Shown here: piece by piece, positions 1-9,543 of the stretch | Layout of the letters: each line of letters starts with the position of its first letter | Position numbering within the stretch: position 1 is the first letter of the stretch | Assembly (NCBI GenBank): GCA_032251515.1 | Contig: JAVVDU010000005.1 | Coordinates: 16,396-80,395 of the forward strand | DNA from: Gemmatimonadota bacterium | Lineage (GTDB): Bacteria; Gemmatimonadota; Gemmatimonadetes; Palauibacterales; Palauibacteraceae | Direction: 5' to 3' | Length of the DNA stretch: 64,000 nt | Translations under genes and position numbers: made by a program | The notes under the pieces: model-generated | Databases searched by the model: none | Told to the model about the DNA's origin: nothing | What the model saw: the letters and a program-made list of their open reading frames with translations, nothing else

Positions 1-73
1 AGGCCGCCAGCGAGGCGGCCCAGGTCAGGAGCCACGTCGAAGCACGCACGGTCTCTCCTCCTCGTCCCGTTCT

Positions 74-1561
74 TCAGGCAGGAAACGGAAGCCAGGCCAG
101 CGGGCCGCGCACGGCCACGGAGCGGAGCGGCTCCGGGCGGACGCCGTACGGCCGCAGAAGCGCCCCGGCCGCCAGGAAGCCCGACGCGACGGCCCGCTCC
201 ATCAGGGCGCTGGGAAAGTCGAGCCGCACGAAGTCGCCGGCCAGGGCGAGGTCCGGCTCCGGGGTCTCGACGCCGGGACGCGAGGCGTGTCCCCCGGGCG
301 GGAACGCCGGACAGTCGCGCGCCACGAGGAACTCTTCGTGGATCACGGCCGCCTCCCGCGTCTCGGGATACAGCTCGTGCAGGCCGGACCGCATCGCCTG
401 CCGGACCTCCGCCTCGGACACCGCTTCCGGCATCCCGTAGGCGTGCAGCTCCACCACGGCGCCGCCCGTCCGCCCGGCCCACGCCCTGCTCTCCGCCTCG
501 AACAGGTGGTAGAGCGAGATATTGTCGAGCAGGGGAAATCCCGCGGTTCCCGCGAAGGAGGCCCGTCCCGGGACGGTCGGGCGGTCCAGCCACAGGCGCC
601 ACACGGCGAACGGCCGCGTGAGACGCAGGTCCGCCACGGACGCCCGCCAGGCCGGCGTGCCCAGGCCCGGAGAAGCGTCGACGAGGGCACGGAGGCCGGC
701 CACGTCGAGTGCCAGCACCGCCACGTCCGCCACGTCGCGCCGGGCGTCCTCGCCGCCGGCCGCCTCGTGGACCACCTCCCGGCGGCCGTCCGCCGCACGT
801 CCCAGCGCCGTGGCCCGCCGGCCCGTGAGAACCCGGGCTCCGCGCTCCTCCAGGTAGGCGCGCAGCGGAGCGAGAAGCGCCTTCTCGAACGTGTCGTCGA
901 GGACGTCGAACACGAGGCCCTCGGGGTTCGCGAGAAAGTAGTAGTGAAACATCATCAGCAGGTCGGCCGCCGACATCTCCTCCTCCGGGTTGAAGAAGGA
1001 GTGCGCGAAGACGTCGAACAGCATGCGGCGGGCGCGGGGCGGAAAGCGGAGGGAGTCGAGCCACTCGCCCGCCGTGACTCCGTCGAATCGGCGCCGCGTC
1101 CGCTCCGGGTCCCAGCGCAGCATCTCGAGGGCGGCGCGCCCGTTCACCCGTACAAGGTCGCGCCAGCGGAACGTCTCCGCGCGCCGGATGATCGCCAGGA
1201 AGTTCGCCGGCGGGCGCACGGGCAGACCCTCGAAGGACTGGACGAGGCCGTCGGGCCCGAGCACGGGGTAGTCGGCCAGCGGGACGAGGCGCTCCAGGCC
1301 GGGATCCACGCGGCGCAGCAGGGCGCGGAGGTTGTAGTACTGGCGGAAGAACGCGTGAAAGCCCCGCTCCATCCCCAGCACCGTCCCGTCGGGAAGCTCC
1401 ACCGGCCAGGTGCGGAGCCGTCCCCCGAGCGAGTCGCGGGCCTCGAGGAGGGTCACCCGCACGCCCCGCTCGGCGAGCACCGTCGCCGCCGCCAGGCCGG
1501 CGAGTCCCCCGCCGCACACCACTGCGTCCAGGGGCCGGTCCGGGCGCTCCCGGTCGCTCAT
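74..1561 (-). CDS. FAD-dependent oxidoreductase, amine-oxidase / phytoene-desaturase (CrtI/HpnE)-like
   Basis: The ORF track frame 74..2158 was trimmed to the internal Met (MSDRERPDRPLDAVVCGGGLAGLAAATVLAERG). This start sits directly before a GxGxxG dinucleotide-binding motif. The ATG overlaps the upstream methyltransferase stop (ATGA at 1558-1561). Length (495 aa) and family resemblance are judged from memory of CrtI/HpnE-type flavoproteins. Confidence 0.75.
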   Translation of the reverse strand: MSDRERPDRPLDAVVCGGGLAGLAAATVLAERGVRVTLLEARDSLGGRLRTWPVELPDGTVLGMERGFHAFFRQYYNLRALLRRVDPGLERLVPLADYPVLGPDGLVQSFEGLPVRPPANFLAIIRRAETFRWRDLVRVNGRAALEMLRWDPERTRRRFDGVTAGEWLDSLRFPPRARRMLFDVFAHSFFNPEEEMSAADLLMMFHYYFLANPEGLVFDVLDDTFEKALLAPLRAYLEERGARVLTGRRATALGRAADGRREVVHEAAGGEDARRDVADVAVLALDVAGLRALVDASPGLGTPAWRASVADLRLTRPFAVWRLWLDRPTVPGRASFAGTAGFPLLDNISLYHLFEAESRAWAGRTGGAVVELHAYGMPEAVSEAEVRQAMRSGLHELYPETREAAVIHEEFLVARDCPAFPPGGHASRPGVETPEPDLALAGDFVRLDFPSALMERAVASGFLAAGALLRPYGVRPEPLRSVAVRGPLAWLPFPA

Positions 1562-2271
1562 CCGGGACGCCGACCGAGAAACGAGTGCACGATCCCCCTC
1601 TGCCAGCCATCCATGGGCTCCGTCCGGACGTCCACGAAGCCGGCCCGCGCGAGGCGCCGCTCGAGGGCCCGCACCCCGTCGAACGCGTTCACGCTCCGCC
1701 GCAGGTACCGGTAGATGCGGGTCGATCCCGAGAACAGGAGCCCGCCCGGGATGATGACGCCGAGCGTAACGGCGTTCCACACGAGGCGGCTGCGCGACGA
1801 GTCGGCCACCGAGTACTCGTGCAGGCAGATCGTGCCGCCCGGCCGGAGGAGGCGATACAGGCGGGCCAGGCAGCGGTCGGGGTCGGGCACGTTCCGCAGG
1901 CCGTACGCCATGAGGATCCCGTCGAACGGCCCGGCGAGACCGGACACCTCCGGCTCCATGGCGTCGCCGAGCAGGAACTGGACGGTGGCGGCGAGCGGCT
2001 TGGACCGCGCCACGGCCAGCATGCCGGGCGAGGCGTCCACCGCCACGATCGACGCGCCGGGGCACTCCGCCGCGACCGCCTCGGTCGACAGGCCCGTTCC
2101 GCAGCAGAGGTCCAGCACGCGCGCGTCGGGGCCGAGCCCCAGGCGGCGGGCACTCCACCGCAGATGCTTGCGGTATCCCGGGTTCAGGCCGGTCAGAAGA
2201 TCGTAGCGGCCGGCGACCCGGTCGAAGGCGTCCGGGACGGCGGCCCGGTCACGGTCCAGCGCATCGGGCAT
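1558..2271 (-). CDS. class I SAM-dependent methyltransferase, UbiE/MenG/COQ5-like
   Basis: The ORF track frame 1558..2718 was trimmed to Met150 (MPDALDRDRAAVPDAFDRVAGRYD...). Motif I is VLDLCCGTG and post-I is VAVDASPGM. A motif-III-like LRPGGTICLHE is also present. The product is about 237 aa. The CAT for the start was verified at 2269-2271. Confidence 0.8.
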   Translation of the reverse strand: MPDALDRDRAAVPDAFDRVAGRYDLLTGLNPGYRKHLRWSARRLGLGPDARVLDLCCGTGLSTEAVAAECPGASIVAVDASPGMLAVARSKPLAATVQFLLGDAMEPEVSGLAGPFDGILMAYGLRNVPDPDRCLARLYRLLRPGGTICLHEYSVADSSRSRLVWNAVTLGVIIPGGLLFSGSTRIYRYLRRSVNAFDGVRALERRLARAGFVDVRTEPMDGWQRGIVHSFLGRRPG

Positions 2272-2272
2272 C

Positions 2273-4084
2273 TCAGTGTTCCAGGCCCACCACCCCGTAT
2301 CCCGCATCCGCACCCTGCCAGCGGAGCCACATCGTGGCGGGCGGATACCTGCGCCCGTCCTCTCCAACGACCCGGACCCGCAGCTCGGCGAGCGCCTCAC
2401 GGCCGGCCAGGCCCCCGCCTGGAACGCGGCCCGGGGACCCCCCGGTCGCGGCGATGCGCAGCGAGCGACGCGCGGCAGCCGATCCCTCCGTCCCGGCCGG
2501 GTCCGCCTCGCCGGCGCCCCGCCAGTGGCGGTCCGCCGCATCGTGCTCGAGCTCCCACTCGTAGCGGACCCGGTCGGCCGCCCAAAGCCCCTCGGCGATC
2601 CCGAGATCGTCGAACTCGAGGACGTAGGACTCGGCGGCACCGGCCGCCGGGCCCGTAGCGCCCGCCACCCCGTCGCCGGCCGCACGACGCAGGACCGGGT
2701 TCTCGAGGGGCGAGACATGGCGATACCAGTGGTCCACGATGCGGTCGCGCCGCAGGATCAGGATGTCGGCGAGCGTATCGGCGGCGGTGGAGGTCGGCAG
2801 CTCTCCGGCGGCCACGGCGGCCCGGATCTGTTCGTCGGTGAACGACCCCACCAGCTTGGCGCCCCAGTAGGCGTCGCGCGCCGTCATGTTCCGGAAGGCG
2901 TTGTTCGGCCAGTTCGCCTTCCACGCGCCGGGGTCGAACTCGTCCACTTCCATCCAGCCGATCGAGGGCTCGATGACCTCCCACTCGCGGCCCTCCCAGC
3001 CGACCCTGTAGAAACCGGCCGTCAGGATGCGGGCCGTGGAAGCCCAGAAGTCCACGTTGTGCTCGCGCCCCTCGCGTGGCTCGTGCGGGCGGATCGTTCC
3101 GCTGCCGAGGCTGGCGGCGAAGTCGATCAGGTAGTGGCGCAGGTACCCTGGCTGCACGTACGCGTCCATCGTGTTCATGAACCGGATGTCGATGTGGTTC
3201 ACCCACGAGGCGACCACCTTGAGCCCCCGCAGCTCCCGCCGGTGCTCGTGCGCAAAGTGGTCGTTCGGGTCGTCCCCGCGCCGCCCCTCGAACAGGAAGG
3301 GGCCCTTGGGCGGGCCCGCCACGAACTTGCTCGCCACGGCCAGGAAGCGCCCGTCCGCCAGCCGGTCGGTGCCCTCGAACACGTCCTCCAGCCGCTCCAG
3401 CGTGAGCGGGTGCTCCTCGAACTCCTCGTCCACGAACACGGCGCCCTCGGCCACGGAGAGCTGGTCGCGATCGAACACGAAGATGTAGTCCTCCGGCACG
3501 TGGTAGCCGGCGGCGTGGAACAGCCGGTTGGCGATCACGCCCGCCGCGCTGCTCAGGTGGAGGTAGCCCTCCGGGTCGAACTTCACGACGTAGGTGTCCC
3601 CCCGCCCGTCGCGCAGGTTGAACCCCGGGGCGATCCCCTCGACCTTGGCGGAGACGATCTCCATCGCGCCCGTGGTGTCCGGTCCGGCGGCCGTGGTGGG
3701 ACCGCGCCGCACCTCGTCGGGCGTGAGCGGGCGCGCCGCGTTCCGGTGCTCGAACCACGCCGACGGTACCACGTCGTCGAAATGGGTGAGGTTCAGGGCC
3801 TCGTGGTCCTCGCCGAACGCCGTGCGCAGGCTGATTCCATCGGAGACCTCGCCCGCCAGGGCGTCGTTCACGAGGTGCGGGGCTTCCACCACCTCACGGT
3901 CCGGCGGCTCCGGGATGGGAAGCGTGTCGGCCCAGGCGATGGGCTCGGGGCGCAGCGGCAGCGGAGTGCGCGCGGCGCCCCCGCAGGCGGACAGGAACCC
4001 GGCGGCCAGGATCGCCACGGCGGGCGCCGCGGGACCGGGGACCTGCCCGTGCGCTTGGGGGCGCACTCGATTCAGAACGGCCAT
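2273..4084 (-). CDS. hypothetical lipoprotein (603 aa), function unknown
   Basis: The N-terminus AVAILAAGFLSACGG is a lipobox-type signal. No recognisable catalytic motif was found. The stop lies 2 bp upstream of the methyltransferase start. The start may be a later Met, because 4084 overlaps the upstream OMP gene by 13 bp. Confidence 0.55.
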   Translation of the reverse strand: MAVLNRVRPQAHGQVPGPAAPAVAILAAGFLSACGGAARTPLPLRPEPIAWADTLPIPEPPDREVVEAPHLVNDALAGEVSDGISLRTAFGEDHEALNLTHFDDVVPSAWFEHRNAARPLTPDEVRRGPTTAAGPDTTGAMEIVSAKVEGIAPGFNLRDGRGDTYVVKFDPEGYLHLSSAAGVIANRLFHAAGYHVPEDYIFVFDRDQLSVAEGAVFVDEEFEEHPLTLERLEDVFEGTDRLADGRFLAVASKFVAGPPKGPFLFEGRRGDDPNDHFAHEHRRELRGLKVVASWVNHIDIRFMNTMDAYVQPGYLRHYLIDFAASLGSGTIRPHEPREGREHNVDFWASTARILTAGFYRVGWEGREWEVIEPSIGWMEVDEFDPGAWKANWPNNAFRNMTARDAYWGAKLVGSFTDEQIRAAVAAGELPTSTAADTLADILILRRDRIVDHWYRHVSPLENPVLRRAAGDGVAGATGPAAGAAESYVLEFDDLGIAEGLWAADRVRYEWELEHDAADRHWRGAGEADPAGTEGSAAARRSLRIAATGGSPGRVPGGGLAGREALAELRVRVVGEDGRRYPPATMWLRWQGADAGYGVVGLEH

Positions 4085-5388
4085 TGTCCCCTCACTCCCG
4101 CGTGCACGCTCTCGTCGCTCCAGCCGAAGAAGGCGAGGCCGAGAAGGCGGTCCAGCGATGCGAGCCGCGCGCCGAAGCCGAACGAGGCCCGCCAGTCGTC
4201 AGTCGACAGGTCCTCGATGTCGCTCGTGACGGCCCCCTCTCCGAAGTAGAGGAAGAACTCCGAGCGCAGCGTGTTGTGGATGTCGCGCCAGACCTCGTAG
4301 CGCCACTCGGCCTGCAGGGCCACCATGTCGTTGTCGTGGAAGCGCGAGTTCGAGAAGCCCAGCGCGCTCGAGGTGCCCCCGAGGCGGCTGAGGTGGAAGA
4401 ACGGCACGCCCTGCCCTCCGTCCGAGCGGGCGAAGTTGCCCTCGGCGCTGAGGGCGAGGACCTGCCGGCCGTTCAGCGGCAGGTAGCCCGCCGCCTGTCC
4501 GTTGAGGACGTGGAAGTCGGAGTCCGTGTCGTCCACGCCTTCGTACAGCGAGCCGCCGCCACGCAGCCGGATGCCCCGCCGCTGGAACTCGCGCCGCTTC
4601 GTGAGGTCGAGCGTCACGCCGCCGTCCAGGCGAAGGTACTTGGTCTCCTCGAGCGCGCCGAACAGATCCTCGGGAACGAACCGCTCGAACAGGGACGTCT
4701 CGCCCGACGAGATCGGATCGTCGATCTCGTTGTGCTCGTACGCGCCGCCCACGTCCACCCGAAGCACGGGGAAAACCTGAAGCTCGCCGCTCGCCCCGAC
4801 TTCCCAGTAGTCGCGCGAATAGAAGGACTCGTCTTCCTCGTCCCGCGTCTGCGAGCCGATGCCGTGGAACCGCACCTCGGCATCGCGGTGCCAGCCCGCC
4901 TCCGCGCCGATCGACCCCGCGGCGCCCGACAGGCGGAAGCCCGCCCGGTGCCGCTGCGACTCGCGGAAGCTGATCGCCGAGCTCGCGTAGAACGGAGCAT
5001 AGCGGTCGAACTGGAGCTCCAGGCCGACGCCGCTGCGCGGCCCGATCTGCGTGACCACGCCCGGGCGCAGGCCCCAGGCACTCATGTCCCGGTATGCGCG
5101 CACGAGAAACGTGGGCGGCCGGGGCACGGTCAGCACTCCCGCGACGTAACCCGGCAGCCGGACGAACACGAGCGACAGCGGGAACGCCACGACCTTGAGC
5201 GGAAACTCGGCCACGTCCACCCAGTCCGTGCCGTGCTCGCCCGGCGGCTGCACGAGGTCGGTGCGGGCGGAATCGGCCGCCGCGAGCGCCGCCGCATCGG
5301 GCGCCTCCTGGGCGGCCAGCGGAACCGGCCCGACGGCGGCGCAGGCGACCGCGGCCGCGAGGCAGCCGGCGAGAAGCCGCCGTCTCAC
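4072..5388 (-). CDS. outer-membrane beta-barrel protein (hypothetical)
   Basis: The frame 4072..5856 was trimmed to a GTG start (M/V-RRRLLAGCLAAAVACAAVGPVPLAAQ signal peptide). The C-terminal residue is aromatic (...VRGQWPF), and the sequence shows alternating beta-strand character. The GTG overlaps the upstream gene stop (GTGA at 5385-5388). Confidence 0.55.
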   Translation of the reverse strand: MRRRLLAGCLAAAVACAAVGPVPLAAQEAPDAAALAAADSARTDLVQPPGEHGTDWVDVAEFPLKVVAFPLSLVFVRLPGYVAGVLTVPRPPTFLVRAYRDMSAWGLRPGVVTQIGPRSGVGLELQFDRYAPFYASSAISFRESQRHRAGFRLSGAAGSIGAEAGWHRDAEVRFHGIGSQTRDEEDESFYSRDYWEVGASGELQVFPVLRVDVGGAYEHNEIDDPISSGETSLFERFVPEDLFGALEETKYLRLDGGVTLDLTKRREFQRRGIRLRGGGSLYEGVDDTDSDFHVLNGQAAGYLPLNGRQVLALSAEGNFARSDGGQGVPFFHLSRLGGTSSALGFSNSRFHDNDMVALQAEWRYEVWRDIHNTLRSEFFLYFGEGAVTSDIEDLSTDDWRASFGFGARLASLDRLLGLAFFGWSDESVHAGVRGQWPF

Positions 5389-6692
5389 CCCGCGCACCGG
5401 GGGTCTTCCGTCCCCGCGAAGGGCACGAGCCGGAACTCGTCGATCACCGAGCCGTCGGCCGCGATCGTCCGGCCGAGCAGCCGGTCCGGCGTGATCCGCA
5501 GCTCCGTGAACGAGTACCGCCGGGCCCCCGCCGCGACGATCGGCGCGTCCCGGACGGCCCGGGCATGCATGGACGCGCCACCCGCGCCCTGGAGAACGTG
5601 TGAATAGCCGCATCCGGGCTGCACCCGCCTTCCGTTGCGCACGGGGTATGTGCGCTCGTAGTGATGGTCGTGACCCGCCGCCACCAGATCGACGCCGGTC
5701 CGTTCGAACAGCGGCCCCAGCGTGCGCAGGAGCCTGCCGTCGGGCCCGTGCCCGCTCAGCCCGACCGCGTGGCTGATCAGCGGGTGATGGAGGAATACGA
5801 CCGTCCACCGAATGGTTCCATCGTCGGCCGCTGCCGCGAGCGTCGCTTCGAGCCACTCGTACTGCCGGCCCCGGCCGCGGCGCAGACCCGCAACGTCATC
5901 GGTCGGGCTGCTCGTGTCCAGCGCGACGAACAGTATCGGCCCCCAGCGGAACGAGTACCAGCGGACCCCGGGGAGCGGCGCGGGCCACTCGAAGGCGAGG
6001 TCGTACGGCCGACCGTCTTCCACGTGCAGGTCGTGGTTGCCTACCGCCGGGAAGAACGGCACACCGGCCAGGAGATCGCCGTACACGAGGAAGTGCCGGA
6101 GCGTGAAGTCCCGCTCCGTGCCGTCCTCGTAGGCGACGTCGCCTACATGGATGGCCAGGTCCCATTCCCGGCGATTCATGAGCCGGGCGAGCGCGAGCTG
6201 CCCATCGGACCCCCAGCCGGAGTCCCCGAACAGGAGGACGCGGACGGTGTCCCCGCCCCCCGCCGTCCGACCGGGATCCAACGCCATGCCCGGGGCGGGC
6301 GCCGTCCGGAACCGCCACGGCCCGAGGTCGCCCCCCCCCGGCGACACACGGTACTCGTACGGTGCGGCGGGAGCGAGGGCCTCGAGCCGCGCCCGCCGGA
6401 TGCCGCGGGCCACGGAATCGGCCGGCACGGCGCGCCACGCCCGGGAGGCGCCGGCCGGGACCTCGCCGGACTCCGGATCCGGCGCCACGGACCGGACGTA
6501 TACGGTGTCCCCCCCGGCGGGGCCCGTCGCCTTCCAGAGAATCGTGGCCGCGGAATCCGAGACGTTCTGCACGTAGGGAAGGCGCTCGAACGGCGGCGGC
6601 GGCGTCACGACGACCGGATCGACGGGTCCGGGGTAGCAGCCGGCGAGGAGGAGCGCGGCGAGCGGTCCGGCGGCCCGGGTGACGTGCCGCAT
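5385..6692 (-). CDS. metallophosphoesterase (calcineurin-like / PhoD- or purple-acid-phosphatase-like) lipoprotein
   Basis: The frame 5385..7415 was trimmed to MRHVTRAAGPLAALLLAGC (lipobox). Phosphoesterase motifs are present (GDSGWGSD, HVGDVAYEDG, VGNHD, FLHHPL, AGHDHHYER). The CAT for the start was verified at 6690-6692. Confidence 0.8.
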   Translation of the reverse strand: MRHVTRAAGPLAALLLAGCYPGPVDPVVVTPPPPFERLPYVQNVSDSAATILWKATGPAGGDTVYVRSVAPDPESGEVPAGASRAWRAVPADSVARGIRRARLEALAPAAPYEYRVSPGGGDLGPWRFRTAPAPGMALDPGRTAGGGDTVRVLLFGDSGWGSDGQLALARLMNRREWDLAIHVGDVAYEDGTERDFTLRHFLVYGDLLAGVPFFPAVGNHDLHVEDGRPYDLAFEWPAPLPGVRWYSFRWGPILFVALDTSSPTDDVAGLRRGRGRQYEWLEATLAAAADDGTIRWTVVFLHHPLISHAVGLSGHGPDGRLLRTLGPLFERTGVDLVAAGHDHHYERTYPVRNGRRVQPGCGYSHVLQGAGGASMHARAVRDAPIVAAGARRYSFTELRITPDRLLGRTIAADGSVIDEFRLVPFAGTEDPRCAG

Positions 6693-6891
6693 GCCCGAAT
6701 GGCACGATCGCCGGCCCGCCGCAGGGAACGGAATGCCACTCCGGCGGGGTTTGCGCTCCCGGCGGGGCCGCGCCGCGGCGCGGATCCTGCTTCCACGTAT
6801 CGGGTCCGGCGCGGCCGCGCGGCGACAGGCTCGCTGCCGGGCACGCGCCGGACTCGCCGGGGGAAAGGCGCCCCCGCCCACGAACCGAACG

Positions 6892-9543
6892 ATGGATCCG
6901 AACATGATCGAGCGAAACGATAGCGTGACGTCGCCCCATCTCCAAGACGGGCTCCGCATACTCGCCGAACAGGGCGAGGTGAGGATCGCCTGGGACGACG
7001 GGGACGAAGAGCCGGGTGACGCGCCCGGGGCGAAGCACGCGCCGCAGCGCCTGCGCCTCCCCGTGCTGCCGCTCCGGGGCACGGTCGTGTTCCCCGCCGT
7101 GGCCGCCCCCATCGCGGCGGGACGCGAGAAGACCCTGGCGGCGATCGAGAAGGCCCTGAAGGGAGACCGCCTGCTCCTCGCGCTCTCCCAGCGGGACGCC
7201 GAGCTGGAGGACCCCGTCCCCGGTGCGCTGTACGAGGTCGGCACGATCGTGCGGATCGCCCAGATGCAGCGCGTGCCGGGCGGCATCCAGCTCGTGGTCC
7301 AGGGCGACTCACGGGGCGCCGTGCTCGAGCTGGAGGAGGCCGACGACCACCTCGTGGCCGTGGTGCGCCGGCTGGAGGACATGCCCCCTCTCGACCCGGA
7401 CGCGCCCTCGTTCACCGCCCTCTACAAGGAGGTGCACGAGCGGGCCGCCCAGCTCAGCCGGCTGCGCGGCGTTCCGAAGGAGATCGTGGACCACCTGCTG
7501 GGCAACGTGCGCGGCGGCGGCGAGATGGCCGATCTCATCACCTTCTACACCGAGCTCGAGGTGGAGGAGAAGCAGGAACTCCTGGAGACCCTGTCGGTGG
7601 AGGACCGCCTCCGGAAGCTCCTTCTCCACCTGCAGAAGCAGATCGGGGTCCTCGAAGCCCAGGCGCAGATCCGCAGCAAGGTCCAGGAGGAGCTCGGCGA
7701 GCGGCAGCGCGAGATCTTCCTGCGCGAGCAGATGAAGGCGATCCAGTCGGAGCTGGGCGACGACGCGGGCGCCCAGGACATCGAGGAGTTGCGCGAGCGC
7801 CTGGCCGGGCTCGAGCTGCCCGAGGAGGCGCGCAAGGAGGTCGATCGGGAGATCCGCCGCCTGGAACGAGTCCCGCGCGAGTCGGCGGAGGCCCAGGTGG
7901 TGCGCACGTTCCTGGAGACCGTGGCCGACCTCCCGTGGAACACGACCACGGAGGACCGCCTCGACCTGGCGCGCGCCGAGGAGATCCTGGAACGGGACCA
8001 CTACGGCCTGAAGGACGTGAAGGACCGGGTCCTGGACTTCCTCGCCGTGCGGAAGCTGCAGGGCGAGCGCTGCGACGACGCGGAGGAGGCGGAGCGGTCG
8101 GCGGGCGACACGGAAGGTGAAGGTCCGCCCGCCGGCGAGGACGAGGAGGGCGTGGCGACCGACGGGCCGCGGCCGGAGGACGACGGGGCCTGCGTCGGGC
8201 AGGCGGACGACCGCACGGGATCCACGATCCTGTTCGTGGGCCCGCCGGGCGTCGGCAAGACCTCGATCGCCAAGTCCATCGCCGACGCGATGGGCCGCAA
8301 GTACGTGCGCGTGTCGCTCGGCGGGGCGCGCGACGAGGCGGACATCCGGGGCCACCGCCGCACGTACGTCGGCGCGCTGCCCGGACGGATCATCGAGGGG
8401 CTGAAGCGCGCGGGGAGCAAGAATCCCGTCTTCCTGCTGGACGAGGTGGACAAGCTGGGGGTGTCGTTCCAGGGAGATCCGTCCGCGGCGCTGATGGAGG
8501 TGCTGGATCCGGCCCAGAACCAAGCCTTCGTCGACCACTACATGGGGATCCCGTTCGACCTGTCCGACGTCATGTTCATCGCCACGGCGAACTTCCCCCA
8601 CCAGATCCCCGGTCCGCTCAAGGACCGGATGGAGGCGATCGAGTTCGTCGGCTACACGGAGCAGGAAAAGCTGGAGATCGCCAAGCGGTACCTCCTGCCC
8701 CGGCAGCGGGAGCAGAACGGTCTGACGGCGGAGCAGTTGGGCGTGGACGACGCGGCGATCCGCGAAATCATCACCAGCTACACCCGCGAGGCGGGCGTCC
8801 GCAACCTGGAGCGTGAGATCGGCTCCATCGCCCGCAAGAGCGCGCGCCGGATCGCTTCGGACGCAGCGGAGTCCGTGCAGGTCGGCCCGGAGGACCTGCG
8901 GGAGCTCATCGGACGCCCCAAGGTCCACCCGGAAAAGCGCATGGAGGCGGACACGGTGGGCGTGGCCACGGGCATGTACTACACGCCGGTGGGCGGCGAC
9001 ATCATGCTCGTCGAGTGCAGCGTGGTGCCGGGACGCGACGGCCTGGTCCTCACCGGTCAGCTCGGCGACGTGATGAAGGAGAGCGCCCGCGCCGGCCTCA
9101 CCTTCGCGCGGACGCACGCCGGCGAGCTCGGCATCCCCGAGGAGACGCTGAAGGACCACGAGATCCACGTGCACGTCCCAGCCGGGGCCGTGCCGAAGGA
9201 AGGTCCGTCGGCCGGGATCGCGATGGCCCTGGCGATGATCTCATCGTTCAGCGGCCGGCCCGTGCGCGCCGACGTCGCGATGACCGGCGAAGTGACCCTG
9301 CGCGGAAGGGTCCTCCCCATCGGCGGCGTGAAGGAGAAGGTCCTCGGCGCCGAGCGGGCGGGCATCCGCCACATCATCCTCCCGAAGGACAACGAGGGAG
9401 ACGTGGACGACCTCCCGGAGGAGGCCCGGGAGAGGCTCGAGTTCCACTTCGCCGAGACGCTGGAGGAGGTGCTGGCCGTGGCGCTGGTCCCGGCTCCCGA
9501 GCCCGCGCCGGAGCCGGAGCCGGAGGCCGCGACGGTCAGCTGA
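6892..9543 (+). CDS. lon: ATP-dependent Lon protease
   Basis: The Lon N-domain, Walker A (GPPGVGKTS), the AAA+ region and the C-terminal S16 protease domain with the catalytic Ser context (PKEGPSAGIAM) are all present. The frame 6679..9543 was trimmed to MDPNMIERND (ATG at 6892; an alternative Met is at 6907). Confidence 0.93.
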   Translation: MDPNMIERNDSVTSPHLQDGLRILAEQGEVRIAWDDGDEEPGDAPGAKHAPQRLRLPVLPLRGTVVFPAVAAPIAAGREKTLAAIEKALKGDRLLLALSQRDAELEDPVPGALYEVGTIVRIAQMQRVPGGIQLVVQGDSRGAVLELEEADDHLVAVVRRLEDMPPLDPDAPSFTALYKEVHERAAQLSRLRGVPKEIVDHLLGNVRGGGEMADLITFYTELEVEEKQELLETLSVEDRLRKLLLHLQKQIGVLEAQAQIRSKVQEELGERQREIFLREQMKAIQSELGDDAGAQDIEELRERLAGLELPEEARKEVDREIRRLERVPRESAEAQVVRTFLETVADLPWNTTTEDRLDLARAEEILERDHYGLKDVKDRVLDFLAVRKLQGERCDDAEEAERSAGDTEGEGPPAGEDEEGVATDGPRPEDDGACVGQADDRTGSTILFVGPPGVGKTSIAKSIADAMGRKYVRVSLGGARDEADIRGHRRTYVGALPGRIIEGLKRAGSKNPVFLLDEVDKLGVSFQGDPSAALMEVLDPAQNQAFVDHYMGIPFDLSDVMFIATANFPHQIPGPLKDRMEAIEFVGYTEQEKLEIAKRYLLPRQREQNGLTAEQLGVDDAAIREIITSYTREAGVRNLEREIGSIARKSARRIASDAAESVQVGPEDLRELIGRPKVHPEKRMEADTVGVATGMYYTPVGGDIMLVECSVVPGRDGLVLTGQLGDVMKESARAGLTFARTHAGELGIPEETLKDHEIHVHVPAGAVPKEGPSAGIAMALAMISSFSGRPVRADVAMTGEVTLRGRVLPIGGVKEKVLGAERAGIRHIILPKDNEGDVDDLPEEARERLEFHFAETLEEVLAVALVPAPEPAPEPEPEAATVS

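Noticed and set aside
287-1714. The ORF track gives long ORFs antisense to real genes. Examples are 287..1714 (+), 2276..4249 (+), 4084..5607 (+), 7309..9174 (-), 17829..19598 (-), 20494..22710 (-), 30383..32887 (+), 45323..48067 (+), 46681..49590 (+), 50519..52765 (+) and 59689..62100 (+).
   Set aside because: At about 70% GC, stop codons are rare in every frame. These products are Arg/Pro/Gly-rich low-complexity sequences with no motifs. Each lies fully inside a gene on the opposite strand that has clear family signatures.
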